From positions 4,455 to 15,388 of the forward strand of contig PKZK01000135.1 of the NCBI GenBank assembly GCA_003133025.1: a stretch of DNA of 10,934 nt, read 5' to 3'. Positions 1 to 6,951 of this stretch are shown here, piece after piece. A model generated the notes under the pieces. The model searched no databases and was not told the origin of the DNA. It saw only the letters and a list, made by a program, of their open reading frames with translations. Source of the DNA: Vulcanimicrobiota bacterium. GTDB lineage: Bacteria; Vulcanimicrobiota; Vulcanimicrobiia; Vulcanimicrobiales; Vulcanimicrobiaceae. The position numbers were made by a program, and so were the translations under genes. Position 1 is the first letter of the stretch, and each line of letters begins with the position of its first letter.

Positions 1-542
1 CGCTTGCCGACGATCATCACCAACTCGGACTCGTAATCGAAATTCTTGAAGGGCAGCGAAGAGACGTCGATCGTGCCGTTGTGGCGGTTGAGCGAGGTAT
101 TGTACTTGTTGAACAGATCCGGAAACGGCGGCAATTTCTCACCGGTCTCGGCCAAGTGCGCGCGATAATTCAGGCCGACGCAGACGATCTTGGGCGGACG
201 CGAGACCAGCGGCCCGTATTCGACCGCGTTCTCGGCGCGCACCGCCGAGGCGGGCGCGTGCAGCGCGATGCGCGCCAAGACGCTCACGTCGCCGCGGCCG
301 GCGACGACGTCGTCGACCGTTTGCGGCACGCCGGCCAGTCCGAGCGCCGCCGCGGCTCGACCCACGTCGATTATGCCGCGCGACGTGCGCAGTCCCAAGT
401 GATCGCGCGCGCCGTCGCGCAGGGTGGTGTAGGTCAGGCTGCGCGGCGCCTCGCCGGCCTCGGCCGCGGTGGGTGCGGATGCTGTCGCCGCCACCGTCGC
501 GGCGGCCGTGCCGGCGAGGAAGGCGCTGCGTGAAGGTGTCAC
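1..542 (-). CDS. Fumarylacetoacetate (FAA) hydrolase family protein, N-terminal part; the gene runs off the left edge of the window
   Basis: Not in the ORF track because there is no stop codon in the window. Manual translation from GTG at 542 gives MTPSRSAFLAGTAAATVAATASAPTAAEAGEAPRSLTYTTLRDG...GPLVSRPPKIVCVGLNYRAHLAETGEKLPPFPDLFNKYNTSL...KNFDYESELVMIVGK. KIVCVGLNYxxH, PxLFxK and DYExEL are hallmark FAH-family motifs. The start codon is inferred. Confidence 0.92.
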   Translation of the reverse strand, partial: MTPSRSAFLAGTAAATVAATASAPTAAEAGEAPRSLTYTTLRDGARDHLGLRTSRGIIDVGRAAAALGLAGVPQTVDDVVAGRGDVSVLARIALHAPASAVRAENAVEYGPLVSRPPKIVCVGLNYRAHLAETGEKLPPFPDLFNKYNTSLNRHNGTIDVSSLPFKNFDYESELVMIVGK

Positions 543-600
543 GCTCGACGAGTTTGGCAGCGGGTGACCAATCTCCGTCGGCCGAAAAGCGCGCGTCACC

Positions 601-1272
601 GTGTTCGGCCCCCTTTCGCGCTTGCCGTTTCTCCTCGCCGTGGCGCTGGTAGCCGCGGCGCTGGGCGATGCGTTCGTGGAGACGGTCTCCAACAGCGGGC
701 TGGTCGGGGCGGGCTACGCCGACGACAACCATGCGAGCGTGCTCCCGGCGTTCTTGCTCGGCGTCATTGCCGCCCTAGAAGCGGCGCGGCGGCGCTGCTG
801 CGCCCTGCTGCGTCGCGGCGAACGCCGCGCGGAAGCCGACCAGACCCTCGCCCTCATGCGCCGCTACCGCGACGTCTCTCCGCTGCGCGATCTTCCGCTC
901 GTGTTGACGCTGCAATTCGCGCTGTTGTTCGTGATGGAAAGCGCCGAACAAGTGGCCTTCGGCGGCAAGCTGCTCGGCGGCACGGCGTGGCTCGGCGGCC
1001 CGATCGCCTTTAGCCTGATCGCGCACGCTACTTTGGGGGCAGGCTGCATGCTGCTGCTGCGCTGGTTCGTGCGCAGGGTTCCGGGCGCGGTCGCGACGTT
1101 CGTGCGCGACGCACTGGACTATCTCGCGTACGTTCTCATCGCCGCCGCGCGCAGCGCGTCGTGCATTCGCACCGCCCGTCGCGACGAACGGCCCCGGCAC
1201 TGGGCTCAGGCGCCGCATTCCCGCCGCATCAGGGACCGCGCACCGCCGCTTCGCTCCTGCGCCTCGACCTAA
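601..1272 (+). CDS. Uncharacterised multi-pass membrane protein (223 aa) with C-terminal RAPP motif; candidate ribosome-arrest leader/sensor for the downstream TonB-dependent receptor
   Basis: 4-5 hydrophobic segments (about aa 8-26, 47-62, 98-112, 135-157, 163-183), then a basic linker and R213-A214-P215-P216 seven codons before TAA. It fills the gap between the divergent FAH gene and the receptor. GTG start with no clear SD. Confidence 0.8.
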   Translation: MFGPLSRLPFLLAVALVAAALGDAFVETVSNSGLVGAGYADDNHASVLPAFLLGVIAALEAARRRCCALLRRGERRAEADQTLALMRRYRDVSPLRDLPLVLTLQFALLFVMESAEQVAFGGKLLGGTAWLGGPIAFSLIAHATLGAGCMLLLRWFVRRVPGAVATFVRDALDYLAYVLIAAARSASCIRTARRDERPRHWAQAPHSRRIRDRAPPLRSCAST

Positions 1273-1286
1273 CCACAGGAACGGGA

Positions 1287-1306
1287 GCCGGGCGTACGCG
1301 CCCGGC
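1287..1306 (+). promoter_or_regulatory. GC-rich RNA hairpin directly 5' of the receptor ribosome-binding site
   Basis: gccgggcg (1287-1294), loop tacg (1295-1298), cgcccggc (1299-1306): a perfect 8-bp stem with a UACG tetraloop and no downstream U-tract. Confidence 0.6.
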
Positions 1307-1313
1307 GGAGGAG
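1307..1313 (+). promoter_or_regulatory. Shine-Dalgarno sequence of the TonB-dependent receptor
   Basis: GGAGGAG, 8 nt upstream of GTG at 1322. Confidence 0.8.
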
Positions 1314-1321
1314 CACTCGAC

Positions 1322-4069
1322 GTGAAACAGATGCGCGCCCTCGCGGCGCTGCTGATCGCGGCATGCATCGCCGTAGCCGTAATGGCCGCGGGCAATGCCG
1401 CCGAAGCCACGACCGGAATCGTCAGCGGAACGGTCGTCGACGCGCACGGCGTCACCGTTGCCGGCGCGCGCGTTGCGGCCGCGTCGCCCTCGGGCCGGTA
1501 TGCCGCGGTCAGCGACGAACGCGGGCGTTTCACGCTCCTCGGCGTCACGCCCGACTCGTATACCGTCACGGTCGAAGCCGTCGGCTTCGAGCCGCTGGTC
1601 GAGTCCGGCGTGTTGGTCTTGCCGGGACAGAATGCGGTGCTCGCCGTTCGCCTCGCGGGCACGCTACGCACCGTGGGCACCGTGCAAGCCAAGAGCAGTG
1701 CGTTCACGCATGGCGCCACGAGCGACTCGTTTACGGTCAACGGCGATGCGGCGCGCGCACTCGCGCCGCCGGCGACGTCGTCGGGTTTGGGCAACTACGG
1801 CGCGGGAACGGTGCAAGGGTCGATCGCCTCGGTGCCCGGCGTCGATTTCGACGCGTTCGGCAACGCGATTCTGCGCGGCGGCAAGATCGACGATGCGGTT
1901 TTCACCTTCGATTCGGTGCCGGTGCCGCAAGGCTTGGTCGCGGAGCCGGGCGGCAACGTGGTCGGCGCGCAATTGCCGACCACGGGCATCGGTTCGACGA
2001 CCGTCACGCTCGCGGGATACGAGACGCAGGGCGACAACGCGCTCGGGGGTGTGATCGATCAGATCCCGGCCGTCGGCACGAACCCCGGCAGCGTGCGCAT
2101 CTCCCTCGCCGACGGTCTGGCGGGCGGCCTCTTTCAGACGAGCGATCTGGAAATTCTCGGCGCGTCACCCGATCTCAAGTGGCGCTACGCGCTCGCCGCG
2201 TACGCGGGCAGCGAGTACTTCGGTTACGGCGACGGGCGCACGTTCTATCCCTCGGAAGCGGGCACGTACGGCCTCGCGTTGCAGAGTCGCGGACAGTTTT
2301 CGATCACGGGCAACGTGCACGACCGGCTCTCGCCGAGCGACGACCTCTCGTTCGTCGCGCTCGCGGGCCAAGCGACGTACGATCAATACGGCTCGCCCTA
2401 TGCGGGCGAAACGGTCGGCGCGTTCAACGGCCAAACGACGGTATATCCAGGCTCGACCAACCCGAATGCACCCGTCGATTACGCCTCGGGCGTGCGCGGC
2501 ACGTACGACATTCTCAAACTCCAATGGCTGCATTCGGGCGCGCACTCGCTCTCGCGCGTGCAACTCTATCAGACGCAATTCGGCTCGCAGGCCGGCGGCC
2601 CGTTTTGGGACGAGAACGGCTTCCCCGACGGCAGCATTTCGCTGGCCTCGCAACAGGGCGGGCGCGAGGAAGGCCTGGGATACGACGGCGAGGACGTGCT
2701 CGGCGAGCGTCACCATCTGCGCTTCGGCGCGGAGTACCGGATCGACAATTCGTTCTTGAACGAGATCGTGCCGACCGCCGACGAGGTGATCGCGTCCAAC
2801 CCCACGTTGTATTCGGCGCTCGCGTACGTGGGCGATACCTGGAGCGTCTCGCGCCGGCTCGACGTGACCGGCGCGGCGCGACTGACCAACACGCACATCG
2901 TGCCCAGCGACGGCTTCAGCTACAACGTCGGCGCGATCGATCCGCACGTCGCGAGTTCGTACGAGCTCGGCTCGAACTACACGTTGCGCGCGACCTTCGA
3001 CCACAACACGGTAGCACCGAAGCCGCTCGAGGCCGACCGCACAGACTCGACCAACGTAACGCCGACGGGTTCGCCCGCGCCGTTCGTGCCGCTCGCGCCA
3101 GAGAAGGGCGACGACTTCACCTATTCCTTCGAAGGCGGCAGCCGCACCCAATTCCGCGCGACCTATTTCGCCGAATACGAAAACAACCGCATCGACGTGC
3201 TCCCGTACAATTTCCGCAGCGCGGTCGCGGGCGGCCTCAATCCCGACGGCGTGGGCGTGCCCACCAACATCGGCAAACTCCAGGCGCACGGCTTCGAACT
3301 CTGGCTCAAACGCGACGGCTTCACGCTCGACTCCAACCTGATTCGCGGCTCCTCGTCGAGTGCTTCGCAGTTCGCCTACAACGATCTCAACGCGCCGGCG
3401 GTCGCGGCGAACCATCTCTTCCCGCTGGGCTACGTGCCCGACTTCACGACGACGCTCTCGTACGAGGTGCCGCTGGCCGGCGGTCGCGTGCGCTTGACGC
3501 CGGCGGTGTCGTACGCTACCGGCTATCCCTACGGCAACGGCAAGATGGTCTACATCTTTAACCCTCAGACCAACAAACCGCAACTCGTGCCCAACGACAA
3601 CTACGTCAACCCCGGGGAAAACTATTATTTCTTGCAGAATCCGTCGAATCCGTACAATCCCGTCAGTAACCCTTACATCGGAAACCTGGGCACGCCGGAG
3701 GGCAACGATCCGAACACGTTGCGCTCGCCGCCGCTGCTCCTCGTCAACGTGCATCTCGAGAGCGCGCTATCGCGGCGCGTCAGCGCATCGTTCGACGTGA
3801 ACAACCTGTTCGGCAACGCCACGCCCAGCGCGTATCAGGTGAATCCGTATCTGATCGGGCCGCCCGGATATGCGGGCGGCAACCCGCTCTATGCGATCGC
3901 TTACCAGGCCGCGGGCGGCTACAACGCGCCGTACACCCTGGGTAACGGCGTGCCCACCAACGACGGCGTGCACCAAGCGGTGCCCTGGAGCTACGGCCGC
4001 GCGGGCTACGTGCCCCAGGGTTACCCCAATGCGCGCACGCTTCGGCTAAAATTTCAGTACAGAATGTGA
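1322..4069 (+). CDS. TonB-dependent outer-membrane receptor with N-terminal carboxypeptidase-regulatory-like domain (915 aa); substrate unknown
   Basis: Sec signal peptide ending AEA; TGIVSGTVVD..G..VAGARV...SDERGRFTLLGVTPDSYTVTVEAVGF (CarboxypepD_reg-like); plug-like motifs VPGV..ILRGG..FTFDSVPV and NALGGVIDQI; alternating beta-strands; FDVNNLF near the C-terminus; terminal strand LRLKFQYRM; strong SD. Confidence 0.9.
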   Translation: MKQMRALAALLIAACIAVAVMAAGNAAEATTGIVSGTVVDAHGVTVAGARVAAASPSGRYAAVSDERGRFTLLGVTPDSYTVTVEAVGFEPLVESGVLVLPGQNAVLAVRLAGTLRTVGTVQAKSSAFTHGATSDSFTVNGDAARALAPPATSSGLGNYGAGTVQGSIASVPGVDFDAFGNAILRGGKIDDAVFTFDSVPVPQGLVAEPGGNVVGAQLPTTGIGSTTVTLAGYETQGDNALGGVIDQIPAVGTNPGSVRISLADGLAGGLFQTSDLEILGASPDLKWRYALAAYAGSEYFGYGDGRTFYPSEAGTYGLALQSRGQFSITGNVHDRLSPSDDLSFVALAGQATYDQYGSPYAGETVGAFNGQTTVYPGSTNPNAPVDYASGVRGTYDILKLQWLHSGAHSLSRVQLYQTQFGSQAGGPFWDENGFPDGSISLASQQGGREEGLGYDGEDVLGERHHLRFGAEYRIDNSFLNEIVPTADEVIASNPTLYSALAYVGDTWSVSRRLDVTGAARLTNTHIVPSDGFSYNVGAIDPHVASSYELGSNYTLRATFDHNTVAPKPLEADRTDSTNVTPTGSPAPFVPLAPEKGDDFTYSFEGGSRTQFRATYFAEYENNRIDVLPYNFRSAVAGGLNPDGVGVPTNIGKLQAHGFELWLKRDGFTLDSNLIRGSSSSASQFAYNDLNAPAVAANHLFPLGYVPDFTTTLSYEVPLAGGRVRLTPAVSYATGYPYGNGKMVYIFNPQTNKPQLVPNDNYVNPGENYYFLQNPSNPYNPVSNPYIGNLGTPEGNDPNTLRSPPLLLVNVHLESALSRRVSASFDVNNLFGNATPSAYQVNPYLIGPPGYAGGNPLYAIAYQAAGGYNAPYTLGNGVPTNDGVHQAVPWSYGRAGYVPQGYPNARTLRLKFQYRM

Positions 4070-4093
4070 GAGGCAAGCGAGGGGCGGCCGCAA

Positions 4094-5941
4094 ATGCCCC
4101 CCCGGATGGCACGTAAGGCAGCCCCCGGCGCCTCGCGCCGCGGGCTGGGCGCATTCGTAGGCGGCCTGCTGATCCCGTACCGGGGTACGCTTGCGGTCGT
4201 GCTCGCGGCGATGCTCGTGGAGACCGCGGCGACGCTCGCGGGTCCGTGGCCGCTCAAAGTGATCCTAGACAACGTCGTCGGCCACCACCCGCTGCCCGCC
4301 TGGCTCGGGCGCACGTTCGGAACCACGCTCGGCCACGGCCGGACGGATATCGCGGTCGCGGCGGCGCTGGCCTTCGTCGGCATCGCGGCACTCGGAGCGC
4401 TGGCCGGTTACGTCGAAAACTATTACACCGAAAGCGTAGGGCAGTTCGTGGCGAGCGACCTGCGGCTCAAAGTCTTCGCACACTTGGAGCGACTCTCACT
4501 TTCCTATTACGACTCGCATCAGACGGGCAAGTTGCTCAGCACCCTGACGGATGACGTACTGACGATTCAAAACTTCGCGTCCTCCTCGACGCTGGGCATA
4601 CTCGTCGACTTATTGACCATCGTCGGTATGGTCGGCATCATGTTTTGGCTCAACTTCGACTTCGCGTTGACCGCGATCGCCGTGACGCCGTTCCTGCTGC
4701 TCTTCGTCGCGCGCTTCAAGGGCGCGGTGAAGGCCGCCGTGCACGAGGTGCGCAACCGGCAGAGCGACATCGTGGCCGTGTTGCAAGAGGTTTTCGAGTC
4801 GATGCGTTCCGTGAAGGCCTTCGGCCGCCAAGACCTCGAGCAGCAGCGCTTGGCCGCCGCCGGAAAGGCGAGCGTCGAAGCGGCGCTCTCGGCGCGGCGC
4901 ATCAAAGCGTTGCTCTCGCCCGTGATCGCGGTGGTGGTGGCGGCCTGCACGGCCTTCGTGCTCTGGCGCGGCGCCAACCTGATTCTCGCCGGCGCGATGA
5001 CGGTCGGCGCGCTGACCGTGTTTCTGGCCTACCTGACTAAGTTTTTCAAGCCGGTGCAAGACCTCGCAAAGATGACCAACGCGATCGCGCAGACGACGGT
5101 GGGCGTCGAACGTATCCGGAGCCTGCTCGACGTCGACGCAATCATCGCGGAGCGGCCGGATGCGCTCGTGCCCACCAAGGTGCGCGGCGCGATCACCTTC
5201 GAGAACGTCGCCTTCGGCTACGATCCCGACGTGCCGGTGCTCAAGGACGTCTGCTTCTCGGTCGAGCCGGGACAACTCGTCGGCATCGTCGGCGCAACGG
5301 GCGGCGGCAAATCGACCATCATGAGCCTCCTGCCACGCTTCTACGACGCGGTCTCGGGTCGGGTGCTGCTCGACGGCGTCGACGTTCGCGACTACTCGCT
5401 CCAGGCGCTGCGCGATCAGATCGCCTTCGTGCTCCAGGATACGGTCTTGTTCCGCGGGTCGATTCGTGAAAACATCGCCTACGGCAAAGCCGATGCGACC
5501 GACGCCGAAATCGTGGCGGCCGCGAAGATCGCCAACGCGCACGACTTCATCATGGCGATGCCGCACGGTTACGACACGCCGGTCGGCGAGCGCGGCCTCA
5601 CCCTTTCAGGCGGCCAGCGCCAGCGCATCGGCATCGCGCGGGCGATCGTGCGCGACGCGCCCATCCTGCTCCTGGACGAACCGACGGCGGCGCTGGACAC
5701 CGAATCGGAGAAGCTGGTCATCGAGGCGACGGAGCGCCTCATGAAGGGACGCACGGTAATGACGATCGCGCACCGCCTGAGCACGATTCGCGACGCCGAC
5801 AAAATCATCGTGATCAAGGACGGCGTGGTGTGCGAACAGGGCACGCACGAGGAATTGCTCGCCTTGGACGGCACATACGCGGAGTTGCATCGCATCCAAT
5901 TCGAGAGCGCTGCCACCCCCGCCGCCGGCGCGCCGGCCTAG
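4094..5941 (+). CDS. ABC exporter, fused permease/ATP-binding protein (MsbA/MdlB-like half transporter)
   Basis: N-terminal transmembrane domain plus NBD with Walker A GATGGGKST, Q-loop VLQD, signature LSGGQRQRIGIAR, Walker B ILLLDEPT, D-loop ALD and H-loop IAHRLSTI. SD-like gagggg at 4079-4084. Alternative start ATG 4106. Confidence 0.96.
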   Translation: MPPRMARKAAPGASRRGLGAFVGGLLIPYRGTLAVVLAAMLVETAATLAGPWPLKVILDNVVGHHPLPAWLGRTFGTTLGHGRTDIAVAAALAFVGIAALGALAGYVENYYTESVGQFVASDLRLKVFAHLERLSLSYYDSHQTGKLLSTLTDDVLTIQNFASSSTLGILVDLLTIVGMVGIMFWLNFDFALTAIAVTPFLLLFVARFKGAVKAAVHEVRNRQSDIVAVLQEVFESMRSVKAFGRQDLEQQRLAAAGKASVEAALSARRIKALLSPVIAVVVAACTAFVLWRGANLILAGAMTVGALTVFLAYLTKFFKPVQDLAKMTNAIAQTTVGVERIRSLLDVDAIIAERPDALVPTKVRGAITFENVAFGYDPDVPVLKDVCFSVEPGQLVGIVGATGGGKSTIMSLLPRFYDAVSGRVLLDGVDVRDYSLQALRDQIAFVLQDTVLFRGSIRENIAYGKADATDAEIVAAAKIANAHDFIMAMPHGYDTPVGERGLTLSGGQRQRIGIARAIVRDAPILLLDEPTAALDTESEKLVIEATERLMKGRTVMTIAHRLSTIRDADKIIVIKDGVVCEQGTHEELLALDGTYAELHRIQFESAATPAAGAPA

Positions 5942-5946
5942 GAGCC

Positions 5947-6930
5947 ATGCCCACGCGTTCGCTCATCGTGCTGCCCGACGACTCGCCGCGCGAGATTCTC
6001 GACGCGATCGGCCGGGCGCAGCACTCGCTGCGGGTCAAGATGTTCGTCTTCTCCGATCCGGACTTGCTCGAGGCCGTGATCGCCGCCAAGCGGCGCGGGC
6101 TCGCTGTGCGCGTGATGCTCAACCCGGCGCGGCGCGACGGCCGGGACGACAACGTTGCCGCACGCGCGGCTCTGCTCGCGGCCGGCGTGAACGTGCAGGA
6201 CGCCAACCCGCGCTTCGATTTGACCCACGAGAAATCGATGGTCGTCGACGACACGGTCGCCTTCGTCAAATCGCTCAATTGGGAGACGAAAAACCTCACC
6301 GAGACGCGCGACTACGCGATCGTCACCGACCATCCGCGCGAGGTCGCCGAGATCGGTGCGTGTTTCGAGGCCGACTGGCATCGCCAAGATTTCACGCCCG
6401 GAGCGGATGCCGGCCTGGTGTGGTGTCCCGACAACGGACGCGCGCGCATCGGCGACTTCATCGACAACGCGCACAAGACGCTCTTCGTGCAGAACGAACG
6501 CTATCAAGACGCGCTCGTGATCGAACGCTTGGTGCGCGCCGCCGAACGCGGCGTGAAGGTGCACGTGATGGCGCGCGCGCCGCACACGCTCAAGGCCGAC
6601 AAGTTGATCGAAGGCGTCGGCGGACTACGCATCCTCGACGACGTGGGCGTCAAAATCCACAAGCTCAAGCACCTAAAGCTGCACGGCAAGATGTTTCTGG
6701 CCGACGGCGTGGCGGGCGTGGTCGGCTCGATCAACCTCGCACCGGGCAGCTTCGACGGCAGGCGCGAGCTGGCGATCGAGGTGCGCGACGACGCGGTGGT
6801 CGAGCGGCTTCACGACGTGGCCCGCGCCGACTGGGCCAACTCGCACCCGCTCGACCTCTCCGATGCGGGACTGCTCGCCGACCTCAAGGACCGGCAAGAC
6901 GTCGCCGAAGGGCTCCTGCCGAGCTCTTAG
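5947..6930 (+). CDS. Phospholipase D superfamily protein with two HKD motifs (cardiolipin-synthase-like, no membrane anchor), 327 aa
   Basis: HEKSMVVD (from 6226) and HGKMFLAD...GSIN (from 6682). The likely start is ATG 5947 (MPTRSLIVLPDD), 5 nt after the ABC stop. The track's 5830 start overlaps the ABC gene and reads as low-complexity R-rich sequence. Confidence 0.92.
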   Translation: MPTRSLIVLPDDSPREILDAIGRAQHSLRVKMFVFSDPDLLEAVIAAKRRGLAVRVMLNPARRDGRDDNVAARAALLAAGVNVQDANPRFDLTHEKSMVVDDTVAFVKSLNWETKNLTETRDYAIVTDHPREVAEIGACFEADWHRQDFTPGADAGLVWCPDNGRARIGDFIDNAHKTLFVQNERYQDALVIERLVRAAERGVKVHVMARAPHTLKADKLIEGVGGLRILDDVGVKIHKLKHLKLHGKMFLADGVAGVVGSINLAPGSFDGRRELAIEVRDDAVVERLHDVARADWANSHPLDLSDAGLLADLKDRQDVAEGLLPSS

Positions 6931-6951
6931 GACTCCGTAGGGTTGGCGGCC

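Noticed and set aside
563..600. Inverted repeat ggtgac (563-568) / gtcacc (595-600)
   Set aside because: 6-bp arms with a 26-nt spacer in high-GC DNA are easily due to chance.
81..732. Track ORFs 81-533 (+), 139-732 (-) and 190-402 (+)
   Set aside because: Shadows of the real FAH-family frame (542 to <1, minus), which carries clear family motifs.
1287..1306. Hairpin as an intrinsic terminator or known riboswitch
   Set aside because: No U-tract on either strand; the 49-nt spacer is too short and lacks cobalamin or TPP riboswitch consensus elements.
1363..3561. 732-aa alternative-frame ORF inside the receptor gene, plus antisense ORFs 775-1794 and 2165-3754
   Set aside because: Arg/Gly/Ala-rich or antisense shadow frames expected in high-GC coding DNA; no motifs, and the receptor frame explains the region.
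6918..6951. Possible bidirectional terminator between the convergent PLD and CPBP genes
   Set aside because: Only an imperfect, G-U-rich pairing can be drawn and there are no U-tracts.
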